A DNA stretch of 64,000 nucleotides from Octopus sinensis. Lineage: Eukaryota. A program made the translations under genes and the position numbers. The stretch's first letter is position 1, and every line of letters starts with the position of its first letter. Below the pieces are notes generated by a model. That model was not told the origin of the DNA. It saw nothing but the letters and a program-made list of their open reading frames with translations, and made no database searches. The DNA is taken from positions 62,001-126,000 of the forward strand of contig NW_021832829.1 in assembly GCF_006345805.1 (NCBI RefSeq), given 5' to 3'. Positions 1 through 11,952 of this stretch are shown piece after piece.

Positions 1-200
1 GCCATGCCTCTTTTCCAAATATAAGTCCTGGTAAGATCACCGTGTTAAAAACATAAAGAAAAGTATCTGGTTCCAGATTTAACTTTCTTAAGCAAAACAG
101 TGCGTTTGTTGCTTTCTTTTTTCGAATTTTCGCATTTTCAGTGTATTTACCATTTTCTTCAATTTGCAATCCCAGGTATTTTATTGAATGTTGTCGTGGT
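1..200 (-). mobile_element. LINE reverse transcriptase thumb-region remnant (Jockey/I-like)
   Basis: Manual minus-strand translation gives IKYLGLQIEENGKYTENAKIR..ATNALFCLRKLNLEPDTF, which resembles the C-terminal part of the RT ORF at 34367-35794 (LEYLGVSID..ATGMLKSLTRFHLEPETF). Confidence 0.6.
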
Positions 201-268
201 ATGTTAGTAATCACTAATTACTAATCAGATAGCCCATAAACTTAAAACTGCTTGACAAAATAAACATT

Positions 269-493
269 TTAGAACAATCTGAGCAAGCTAAAACGGGTAA
301 AATCGTAATAACGACTACAAAGCTTGTCAAATAAACGATCTCGTCCAAAGTGATCCATATAATTTTCTGACTGACCATGTTTAACAATAGGTAACCTCAA
401 TGTGTTTGAGTTTAGCTCAGATTCCTCGACCTCCAAAAAATGACGTTCAGTATCTGCCTGCAGAATGTAAATTTTTCCGTCTTTAAATCGCAT
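269..493 (-). mobile_element. Ginger-like integrase zinc-binding-domain fragment
   Basis: ORF contains HFGRDRLFDKLCSRYY, resembling the His-containing integrase zinc-binding region seen in the other Ginger-like ORFs of this window. Confidence 0.4.
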
Positions 494-1082
494 CAGATTC
501 GAAATTTTTTTTCAATCTGTATCTTTTTTTAAAGATCAAAATTTTTAAAAGATGACGCATCGCAATCAGAATTGAAATAATCCTTAATTTGTTTATTTAA
601 TGAAAAAAGCTTCACTTAAACCATGCCGCAATGGGTAATAAGAATTATTTTTATTAGTAATAAAAAGTAGTCGTTCCATTTAACAGCGTGCTCCATTGAA
701 TGGATGTTGACATATAATACTTAACATCTCTTGCTTCTGCCAAACTGTTGAGAAATAATTTAAACAGGTGAGTTATCTGTTAGCACGTAGTGGAGAGACA
801 CACATGATCGCCGAAAATCTTATAAAGTCATGATTTTGTGTGTTTCAAAAAGATCATTGAGTGTATTTATAACAAAGAAATGTCTAAGAAACTATAAATC
901 TTGTTTCCTTGTCCAATAATACTATTTCAAGGCAAATTCAGTAACTTTCACAAAATAGCGAAGCGCGGTTACTGATTCGATTAAATAATTCTAATGGTTT
1001 TGCAATTCAAATTGGCGAGTCCATTGATGTTGAAGGACTGGCAGTTTTAATTGTTTTCTTTGATATCCGTTTAACGATATTA

Positions 1083-1746
1083 TGTCGCGACCCACGCTGG
1101 CGACCATCAGTTTGACAGGTGATTAGTTTGATATTTAATTTAAACCGGAAAAAATTCATTTTAAGAAATAGTTTAGCGTCATTTTAGAAAAAAATTATGG
1201 TTTCTTTCAAAAGATGTTAGCTCATATAGTCTTAATTCTTAGGCTACGTGAAAAACGACAGTGAATACCAAAATCTAAGAAGTGTACTACTTCAACAACC
1301 AGTGATGACTACATCCAAGTCAGAAAAATACAAACTTATGAAAAAAGCGACTCAATTTATCATTATTAATGATCGGTATATTTGCGACTCCTAACTCATA
1401 GTCTTTATCTAAAGGACGAGAATAACCAAAAACACAAATTGGTCATTTGTCTGGACAATGAAATGGAGATGAGGACACTAGCATTCGCCATTCACCAAGA
1501 ATCCCACTGGGGAATACATTTAAATCGAATTCCAAAATGAAACTAGGATCGTTACTATGAACAGAGTTAAAAAATGTTTATTTTTTTAAGTGTTAACATG
1601 TCATTAGTTTTTTTTTAATTGATACAAAAATACATCAATTAAAATACATCACCTGTCAAACTCATGGTCGCAATTAACGTCAAAAATACATCACATGTCA
1701 ACTGATGGTTGCCAGCGTGGGATGGTCGCCAGCGTGGGTCGCGACA
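1083..1746. mobile_element. Ginger-like non-autonomous DNA transposon (element 1)
   Basis: About 40-bp TIRs TGTCGCGACCCACGCTGGCGACCATC / GATGGTCGCCAGCGTGGGTCGCGACA; TG..CA ends; TATTA on both sides (1078-1082, 1747-1751). Confidence 0.85.
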
Positions 1747-1751
1747 TATTA

Positions 1752-3973
1752 TGTGACATGGTTTGCGCGATACCTATGGGCCGCGTGATACCTGACGCGA
1801 CCTTGAAATGTGAAATTATGACATTGATGGATTAAATTATAAATCTTTTAATTAGACCGCGACTCATTCTTATCATTTAATAATTTACTAAATTAGCTAA
1901 AGACTCTCTCATTTTGACAAAAAATTATATTTGTAGGAATTAATTATCAGAAATTAATTTTTTTGGTGGAGGAAAACCTAAATTTCTTGAGTTATTTCTA
2001 GCGTGCAAGTATATTTTGCAGCAATGTCCTCGTACAAAGTTTATGTAAGGAATAGTTTGGAATATCAAATTTTACAAGATGCTTACAGGATAAATTTCCT
2101 GAACATCTTACAAAGCAAAAAAAATATAGACTAGTTAAGAAAATTGAAATTTTACTGTAATTAATGAAAGGTATCATACAAATTGTAAATGTATAGATTG
2201 TATCTTAAATGTGCGAATTCAGATCACAAGCTAGTGATTTGTCTAGACCAGGGGTTCTCAACCTTTTGAGCTCAAGGGCCAAATCGATAATTAAGATTAG
2301 CTTCGCGGGCCGCACAAAAATTATTTTATATATTTTATATTTCCATTTTACTAAATATTGATTCGCATAAATATGTAGATTCATATATGCATTGTGTGTT
2401 ATATTTTTGAATTTGTCTTGAGGTATTAATTCGTAAAAATTAATAATGGACGCCTTTTTGAACAATGCCGCCAGTTATATATCATGTTGTAAATTAATGA
2501 GTTCTAGTTGAAACTTTGCAGGCGCATCCTTAATTTCCACGCTGAATGGAGTGTCAATATTTCATTAAAGGAAGGAATTCTTTAAAATTCTAAAAATTAA
2601 ATTTATAATGTACCCCAAAACGTGCTTCAAATTGATTAATGAAATCACCAATTATGGATATGTTTAACCTTAAGAATGAATAATTAAATTTAAACATTAT
2701 TAAAAATTAAAAAAGTTAGTTACTCTAGAGGGGCCGCAAAAAAAAATCCGGGGCCACATGCGGCCCCGGGGGCCGCATTTGAGAACCGTGGTCTAGACAA
2801 TGAACCCGAAATGGAGATCGTTGCTAAAAGTTTGCATGACTTCTTGCATGGAGGAGTTAACAAAATTGAATATGAATGTCGACAACGATATTTCACAGTT
2901 AAAAATGAGATTATTCGAAAAGTCATTCGAAACTGTGAAATTTGTAAATTTGCGCGACCCTTAAAAGTTTTAACTTTTAAATCCTAGATTGGAGATATAA
3001 ATAACCATGTCTTTGCATCTTGCCCAAATGAAAGATTTCAGATAGATCTTATAGATCTGAAAAGTTTTTCTACTATAAATAAAAATTTTAAATGGATTTT
3101 AACGGTCATTGACGGTATATAGCAGGTTAGTTTTTTTAACAATTTTTATAGATTTGCATTTGCGAGGCCGCTCTACACTAAGTCCTCAAATGAAGTTTGT
3201 GAAAACCTCAGATCATTATTTTTCTTAAATGGTCCGTGTCAATTTCTTCAGTCCGATAATGGGACTGAATTCAAGAATCGTGAAATGACCAATCTATGTG
3301 AGGAATTCAATATCAAACGAATTCACGGAAGGCCAAACAATCCCCGCTCACAAGGGATTTTCGAACGCTTCAGCCAGTCAATTACAAGAAAAATGGCAAA
3401 AATGATCGACAATGATAATAAAAAGTCGCTGGAAAAATTAGAAAATGCAGTGTACAGTTATAACATTTCTGTCCACTCATCTTCTAATGAGAGCCCTTTT
3501 GAAAGATACCGGGGAATAAGTGGAATAAATACAATATTTATGGTTGTAATTATAAAATTATTCCTTAAATAATTCAAGTAATGATTTGTTGAGTCCTGAT
3601 CAAGTCGATGATGCAAACAATTGTCCGAGTCCAATTGAAAATTCATGTAATTTGAATTTCTATATGTAGATGATTGTAATTATTCGTTTACAAGTCCGAA
3701 AAGATTGCGACTGAATAAGTTTGAATCTTCATATTATCCATCTGCAGAAATTATCAGTATTTATCAAACAATCGGGTTGAGGTAGTTTAAACATTCAAAT
3801 TAATAGATACAAAATTCGATGAGCGAAAATTTCGATTGTGCCAATGTCCAGACTTAAAAAATAATTAAAAAGTTATTATTCTTGAAGTTATATTAATTAA
3901 ATATTGACATAAGTTAAGCTTCAAGGTCGCGTCAACATCGCGCGGCCCATAGGTATCGCGCCACCGTGTCACA
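1752..3973 (+). mobile_element. Ginger-like DNA transposon (element 2) with disrupted DDE integrase
   Basis: About 55-bp imperfect TIRs (TGTGACATGG.. / ..CCGTGTCACA), TATTA on both sides. Integrase motifs: HGGVNK, CEIC, RFQIDLIDL, LQSDNGTEFKN, HGRPNNPRSQGIFERF. Contains a 26-nt intron at 3126-3151. Confidence 0.85.
2249..2790. mobile_element. hAT MITE (Charlie/MER1-like) nested in Ginger-like element 2
   Basis: Ends CAGGGGTTCTCAA / TTGAGAACCGTG; 8-bp TSD GTCTAGAC at 2241-2248 and 2791-2798. Confidence 0.9.
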
Positions 3974-5231
3974 TATTATTAACGAAGAAATGTTGATATG
4001 TGAATCATTGGAAAGTAATTGTATTGTGAAAAATATTTTCAACACTATTGCCAATTATTTTATTACAAAACCATAAATTTGAATAAATGTGTGAATGTCT
4101 ATACTGTCTGTAACTGTATAATCGAACAATTTCTGGAGTTTACCAAGGATAAAGCAAAAGACTCCTACTTGTACTAATAGTCTCAGAATTCCAATATTGC
4201 AATCATCACCCCCATGCTTTGGTGTCAAAGAATATTTTATTTTTATTTGGTCAAGTTTTGGAAGATGCTATCAAAATTATTAATTATGTTAAACAAACTC
4301 TCCAATCTTGTTTATTTAAAATATTTTGCGATGAAATAGGACACATCATTACTTTTTCACACTGAAGTAAGATGTTTGTGAAAGGGTATCGGAACTTTTG
4401 TTCGAATAACGCGGTGAGCTTGTTGTGTTTCTGTAAGAATCAAAATTTTCCAATTTACACAAATTTGGAATACAAACTTTGTATACAGAAAATTGCATAT
4501 TTGGTTTTTATTTACGCGAAACTTAATAGATTTGCATTATTGTTTCAAGTAAAATATCAAACTGTATTTATTTTAATTGAAAAAGTAATGACATTAAAAC
4601 GAAAAATAGAATTTTGGAAGGCTTCCGTTGATAAAAATAACATTTTAGGGTTTTCTGATTTGCTACACTATCTGGATGAATTAAAATGTCCATTGAATGC
4701 TACAGTTTTCTAGAAAATCGAGGATCATTTGGATATTTTGAATGACAACATTCTGAAATATTTTTCGGATAAATTTGAGAACAGCTGGGTTCAAAATACA
4801 TTCAATATTGAAGTAATATCAGCAAATTTAACAATATAAAAATCTTATTCAATATAAAAATTTTATTGATTTGACATCAGAATATAATTTAAAAGAGATC
4901 ATTTTTTTATTTTTGGAGAGCATTCATCTTAAAATATCTAGCTGATTTGAGGATACAGTTGTCAACAATAACTCCTAACATTACAAAACTATGCTATTAA
5001 TAAAAAAATTCAGCAAAAACTTATCACAAAAGGGTTCCGCAAACACCTTAAGGTTGATACCATTTCTCTAATAGACGGAGAGAAATTAATTGATTTGAAA
5101 GCATTGTAAAATACTAATATTATGAACATTATTAACCACAACTACAAATTTACAAGCCAAAACAATGTCATACAATAATTAAAAATACAATAAAACCGAG
5201 TATATAAATAGTAAATAGTTCACCTATTACA

Positions 5232-8020
5232 ATGTTTTTTACCTATGCAATGCTCGGTTTTGATTTTGTTTCATTTATAGGAATACTTTTTTGCAGGTCC
5301 ATATACGGTACACTAAGAGAAGTTTATGTTAAGGATTTGAAAGTGAATATATCTATAATTATGACGGCCATTCATACTACTTTGCAAAACAAACTATGGA
5401 GGGATTTTTTTACGAAAACAATTGTTTTATGGAGGGGTACTACCCGGTTGATATAACAAGTGATGCAGAAAATAGCGTAATTGCAAGTTAGCAAACAATT
5501 TGTATTCGAGGTGTCCTCCGAAAGGACTATTTTATTGGAATATATTACACTCCTTATCCTGACACGTATACTAGTTATCACACTCAAACAAAACCTGTAA
5601 TTGACACAAAGCATAATCTAGGTATATACAAACTTCATAGAAAACATGATTCCCAATGATCTAGAGAGTGTTGCCGTAATTAAACACATAAGTGGAAAAT
5701 GGACTCTCTTAGAAGATTTTGAGAATAACCATTATATTTGCGAAAAAGGTATTACAGTCAATGTAATTAAAAGCTGGAATATCATCGTCAGGCGTAAACA
5801 TAACTTCAAACAAACTTCTAAATTGTAATGCAACTTTAAATATTAAAATAGTAAATTACGACCATTTGTTTGTATTCGGGGGACACTCGTATTATATTTA
5901 TTCTGTATACCGAAACTACAATACTTCTCAAAAAATTTGCAAAAATGATCACGACGGATATGTATTCATTCCGGACTATGGACTAGAAAATTGTGCAATA
6001 CAAGGTATAATCTTTACTTTTAAATAAAAGGTGATAAAATTGAATCGGTATATGTTGGAATCACCCAAGAATCGGGCGAGTTTGTGACAAGTAAAGGAGA
6101 TTTGGCGGTATTTGAGCATTATATTTGTTTAGTCGTACCTTCCTTGGAATTCCAGTCAACCTGGAAGTGAAATGTGTGTAATAAGAAGTAGTAATAACGG
6201 TAAGTTTGAAACAAACGATTGCAATACAGAAAAGCACATCATTTGTGAAACAGGTAAGTTTTATTTGTGTCAATCTGTAAGACAAAGTTGTGTCGGAAGC
6301 AACTTTGACGGCATGCAATTCAAAGAGATCTCATTGTATGCGGTTGGAGTGACTAAGGATTAGTTTTCAATGATAAAATACTGGAGCATGACGGATGGAA
6401 ATTTAGTCTATTTAACATGAATACGACGCTGTCTGTCGCCAAAACTATCTGTAGTACACTGGGAGACGACTTCTTTGTTCCTCACAATGAAAAAGAAAAT
6501 TGCGTTATTTCTGGTTAATAGTTATTTTGTAATGTAAAAAGATAACATGGAATTAACTATTGGATTAAACTTTAAACAAGAGTACGTTAAGAATGCGTTT
6601 CTTCCAGGAGACGATATCAAGAGTGTAATTTTTTGAATGAATTTTTGTAGAATTATAGCAATTGGAAAATAGGATACCCTAACTCGGATACTAATAGAAG
6701 TTGTGTGTATATGAATCCTGGAACTGGAATGTGGGAAAACGATGTTTGTAGGAATGCTTCATTTGTATGTCGGGGACAAAGTAGTATACAATCTACGATA
6801 AATTGCTCAAACAATTTTTTAGGTCTCTTTATGTGAAATAGTTTCTAGAGCCACAAACTAGAGCTTACTCATTTATATTTGGCTCTAAAAAATATGTAAT
6901 GTTTGGTTATCGCAAGACTTTCTACGAAGCAGTACGACTGTGTTCATATTATGGCCTAAACCTTATTCAAACTACAAATAACTCAATAATTAATGAAATA
7001 ACTAAATGTATATTCAAAATATAATACTAGACATTATTAATGAGACTTTTTACATGAATTACAAAATAACGTGGAATGACAAATTGAACTGGATAGATAC
7101 AATACCTTCGGTTAAAATTATTTATGGGCTATATTTAGGGTACTCCCAACTGGAAGTCTGGAGAACCCAAAAATAGAGACTATCATATTTCATGCGTTAG
7201 CGTTTCATCTGACAAGACATGGGTGACCAATATGTGCAGTGAAGAACATATCCCAGTGTGTGTCCAAGATTGTTAACTATTCATAACATATTTATAGATA
7301 AAACGACAAAACCTACATTAATGTCTACTGTTCCAACTACGACTACCACACCGACCACTACAACTACTACTTCGACTACTACAACGACCACCCCGACAAC
7401 AACCACCACAACTACTACAACTCCTACAACTCCAACAACCACAACTACTACAACTCCTACAACTACTACAACTCCAACAACCACAACTACTACAACTCCT
7501 ACTACAACTCCAACAACAACTACTACTACTCCTACAACTACTACAACACCAAACACAACAATCCCTACAACTTTCAACACCACAAGCACTACAACCCTCA
7601 ACACTACAACTTCTAACAGCACATCTAATACTACTATCAACAAGACAAGCAGTATAACTCTTAACACGACATCCATAATAACTCCTAACAGTATAACAAA
7701 AAAAACATCAAAGCCACAAAAATCAATCACCAAAACCTCCATAAAACCTTCTAAAAGTAATATACTAGGATAATATTTTAGCAACATTTGATCCAAATTT
7801 AGCAGCTTGTAATAATAAAATAATTTAATGTTGCAGCTCAAGTTATTCATCTGGGACTAGGCGCTGGTGTCTTTTTTGCAGTTTTTGCATTCTTAGCTGT
7901 CGGATTTGTGGTTATAATTTTACGCAGGTATTTACTTTTATGATCGATAGGATGAACACTTCAATTAACAAGTTGTTACCATCTGGAAGCTTTCGAAGTA
8001 TTCAATCGTCTTTATTTTAG
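5232..8020 (+). CDS. Type I membrane receptor: signal peptide, about 4 C-type lectin domains, Thr-rich mucin stalk, TM helix, short tail (multi-exon)
   Basis: Manual splicing of 23-28-nt introns gives CTLD motifs WNSSQPGSEMCV..DCNTEKHIICE, WKIGYPNS..SCVYM..WENDVC..FVC and WKSGEP..CVSV..WVTNMC..VC. These are followed by a poly-Thr/Pro stalk and the hydrophobic segment LGLGAGVFFAVFAFLAVGFVVIIL-RR. Confidence 0.75.
7320..7760 (+). repeat. Thr/Pro codon repeat (ACN/CCN) encoding the mucin-like stalk
   Basis: ORF 7258-7773 reads TTTTTP repeats; DNA is ACA/ACT/CCT-rich. Confidence 0.85.
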
Positions 8021-8092
8021 GGCGGCTTGATCAAATCCAATGCAATAGTAGAACAAGCATTTTATCCTAATAATATCATTTACTAACTAATA

Positions 8093-8429
8093 CCTAACAA
8101 ATACCTTTATTAATAAAAAGAAACTAATTAGCTAAGTATTTTTCCAGAGCTTTTGAAATGAGCAAAGGATGGCACTCAACAAACCTCCTTCCCTTCTTCC
8201 TCATCTTCTCTGGCACTGTAGACTCTCCGAGAAAGTGCAGTCTAACCCTATCCTGACTAAACGTCGCTGGATCGGCAAGCATCAAACGAGACACTCTTCA
8301 GAGTCATCTTAAGAACAGTTGATTGTATATAAGCCCTAGAGACTTATCTACACCAAACTGTCTTAAGTACCGCTTGTGGTATTAGGTGACCAGTTCAACG
8401 CATGTCATCTCAGATGGAATGTCATGGAG
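8093..8429 (-). mobile_element. 5'-truncated R4/Dong-like REL retroelement 3' fragment
   Basis: 13-bp TSD TTACTAACTAATA at 8080-8092 and 8430-8442. The translation (clearer in the paralogous copy: ELVTEYHKWYLRQLGVDKSLQVYMKSTVFKWTLESVS) parallels the C-terminus of the REL ORF at 37018-37722. Confidence 0.65.
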
Positions 8430-8615
8430 TTACTAACTAATAGATTAATTTATCAAATAGGCTGTCTTTGCAATTCAAATACAAAGTTTACTATACAGTT
8501 TACTATACGTATAAAGAAAAACATTGAATTTATTTATCAAATTCAAAAAAGTTAGCAAAATCAACAATGTAAAAAATAGCACATTATCAGTAATTTCATG
8601 ACTATTTGTTTAGAC

Positions 8616-10024
8616 CAGGGGTGCGCAAGTGCGGCCGTGAGTCGATGAATGTGCGGCCGTGGGCACAATTAGGTCATCGAGCAACTAATCTTAAATATAA
8701 TGCTCATAGTGTTAATTAATCAAGAAAAACCCTAAATAATAATTAAAAATATTCATATTATATAGAATTCTATTTTTATATAATGGTTAACCTTTATTAA
8801 AAGTAATTATCATAAACGGCTTAATTTATTTTCATTATGTAGCAATAGTCAGAGGCAATACTCTGGCTATCTCCCAATGACTATTTCTCTTTTGGTTTAC
8901 ATAAATAAAATCCTTTTGAGGAAAAAAAAATTATGTAGCGCTGTTGTCTTTATTTGGTTTACCTTTATTTATATATTTAATTGGATTCAAAGGAATATTT
9001 CGGGATGTAGTTTCTTTTAATGGTTAAATTATTTGAAATTTCATCATTTTTGTGATATTTTCCGATTTTATTTCTTTAATCGTTTTTTTTACTTATTTTG
9101 AATTTTTTAAAACACAATTTTTTTCTTTTTCATTTCACCAACAAGCACTTTATTCACAAATGAAAAAATTTGAAGATACACTTAATGAAGTAAACAAATT
9201 ATTATATATCCGAAACAATGCATTGAGACATAGACAGTTTCGTACAATTCTTTCCGGTAGTGAAATATCTGCTGAAGACATTTTATACCATGCGCAAGTT
9301 CGATGGCTATCACAAGGTGAAACAGCATGTCGTGTGCTTGATTTACGAAAAGAAATATCAAACTTTTACTCATTACACCAAATACATTTAATACTATATT
9401 CGATTATATTTCGAAACAATTTGAAGAGCGATTTAACGAATTTAAAAAAATTGAACTCAAACTTCAATTAACTGCAGCACCACATACTGTTTCGATTGAG
9501 AATGCGCCATTGGAATTTAAAATTGAATTACATTGGAATTTCAAATTGAATGCGCCATTCGGAAGCACATATTTATGTGAGTCTACATTTTCCAAAATGA
9601 AATATTTAAAAAGTCAATATAGATCTCGGATAACGGATGCAAACTTAGAGTCATGTTTGCGCATAATGATATCTACCCTACCAGTGGATTTCAATAAGCT
9701 CGCAAAAAATACCAAAGATCCTGGCCGTCATTAGAATAACTTGTATAATACATTTTTTTTAATTAACTTTCCTTCTTTCTTATCTTTTGTCCGTGAAATA
9801 ATTATTTATTTTAATAATATGATGTCCCTGATGAACGAGAGCATATCCTGTCCAAGAACTCATTCGGTCTCGATGACAATGAGCAACTTATGCGGTCACT
9901 TTTAATAATTAAAAAAATTTACTATATTAATATCCAAAAAATAATGCAGAAAATGTGCGGCCGTGGAAGAGAAGGAAAAATAAATGCTATGCGGCCGCAA
10001 ACCCAAAAAGCTTGCGCACCCCTG
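8616..10024 (+). mobile_element. Internally deleted hAT transposon (GTF2IRD2/SPIN-like transposase remnant)
   Basis: TIR CAGGGGTGCGCAAG / CTTGCGCACCCCTG; TSD GTTTAGAC at 8608-8615 and 10025-10032; motifs HAQVRWLSQG and FGSTYLCESTFSKMKYLKS. Confidence 0.9.
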
Positions 10025-10174
10025 GTTTAGACCAAAATAAACTAACCACATTTCTACAAAATAATAGATTAGTTCATAAATATATTAAAAAATCACACTA
10101 GAATTGGTCCATATTCCCTTTTTTAAGAATAAGTAGACTTTATTAAATAACTGTCAGAGAATATATAGCAAATA

Positions 10175-11871
10175 TCATGAAAATAGACGTAGAATACAAA
10201 TAATAATAAAAAATGAAACGCTCATAAAGAGCACTTCAGGGTACCCCAGAGTGATGAATGTAGAATTGTCACTTTGATTTACAGTCCTCACAATGTCCTT
10301 ATTTTCGACAAAAGTCGACTGCTCTTCTTCGAAATCGCAAAATTCATTGCAAGAATCTGAATCGATTGGAGCCGATACAACTGCTGTTGACGAAACCTCC
10401 ACATTCGAAGCCACCAACTCGCACTTTAAGGACTTTTCGAGAATGGGAATAGACGACACCAAACATGTCTTCTCAGTCTCGTCCTCCATGACTTCTGGGA
10501 GAGTTTGATCATGTCTGAACAAGTGAACTAAACACGCCCACCTGACCAGTAAAGGCTGGTGATAATGCCTCCGTGCAGAAGTATAGTCTTTGCGAACTTG
10601 ATGGAAACTCCTTCCCGTAAACGTATAGTTGGACTGACGGAAACTGCCTCCACTGCGGAACTTGATATATGACGAAACCCCTGATCTGAAATATACACAA
10701 AACAAAACCGGAAGAAATTCATTTGGTCATTAGAGCATCTCCAGGCATATTTACAGGAGGAACGACTGGAGAACAAGAAAGTGAGGACTGTGTGTCTGTC
10801 TTCACTCCCGACTGGATACCTCAGTGCTCTCCTAAAGGAAAAGTTCTCTTAAAATAAAAATTGAGTACAGTTTTGAGAGAGGGCGCCTGCTGTACTGACT
10901 GCATCTAGAACTGACTAGTCAAACTAAACTGACAAAGTATCCGTTTGCAACTGGACTTTGAGGGTTGTGTTGGCAAAACTGATTTTACGTACTGACTCCC
11001 TTCAATATAACATTCTGTCCAACCATCTGTAAGTAAACTCGACTGTCTCCTTGCAGAAACAGGTCACTCCGGCATGTGTAAATGAAAGGAGGACATCCAC
11101 GTTGGTCTTGTTCTTTGCTACATGGGGATCAATTCCATAAGACGCATGGATAGCTGCCAATTTGTTGAATTTGGTCTCCGCCACGGCCTTGTCCATTCCT
11201 CTGATAAATTGGACCAAAAGTGGACACCTCAGACTGTTGTAGGCCACAATGACTTGAGGGTTGACTCTTGAAGTGTCATCCCCGGACTGGAAGGAAAGGA
11301 ACTTGTCGTATTGGTCAGTGTATTTGGAGACATAGTCACCATAGAAAGCTGGGAATAATAAGACAGGACACCTTGAAGTGCCAGAGACTTGAGGGAAAGG
11401 GTGTCATCAGGAGAACAGACGAGTCTTCCACACAATAAATCACGTTTTAATTGAAGAAAGAGGTAATATCTAAGATTGGTCCTCGGTGACCGACCCTGTG
11501 ATTTGGTCCAACTCCAACAGAGCGGTGGGAGGAGGGTAGTATTTTATTCGGAAGAGCAGAATTCTTGAACAAGGATCTGTCAATGAATAGTCAGGATACG
11601 TGCCTTTTAATTGTTTCCCAATCGGCTTAGCCAACTGAATCCAATGCTTTCGAATAAACTATAAAACAAACACGTTGATGTGCTCCGTCAAAGAATCGAA
11701 GACCAAAGTAGTCCTTCTCCAACACATTCAGTCTATCGCAGACCCGGTGGAGTAGAGTGCTGCTCAATGTGTCCTTCTAAGGCCATAAGACACGTCTAGT
11801 ACATTGACATCAAACTCGATAGGAGAATTATCGTCAAATGACTTGACAACCAGCCTGAGAGTATTCGCCAT
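10175..11871 (-). CDS. FERM-domain protein, FRMD3/FRMD5-like, with FERM-adjacent region and C-terminal TM segment
   Basis: Spliced translation: EKDYFGLRF, HWIQLAKPIGKQL, LLFRIKYY, YYLFLQLKRDLLCGRL, YGIDPH, FA-like FRSGGSFRQSNYTFTGR, C-terminal hydrophobic VLFMSVSFFIIICIL. Confidence 0.8.
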
Positions 11872-11952
11872 TGAACTAAATAATAAAACCTAAATCTATT
11901 ACAAAAATAATTAATTAATATTTGTAAACCAAGAATATTAAAATTATTAAAT

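Larger units (their letters stand above)
740..5070 (+). mobile_element. Degenerate hAT (Buster/Charlie-like) transposase, interrupted at 1078-3978 by nested elements
   Basis: FAIQIGESIDVEGLAVLIVFF before 1078 continues as INEEMLICESLESN after 3979. Further hAT-like fragments (ORF 4372-4713) follow, with a degenerate end near 5030-5070. Confidence 0.7.

Noticed and set aside
7281-7850. 189-aa Val-rich ORF on the minus strand
   Set aside because: It is the antisense shadow of the Thr-rich mucin codons.
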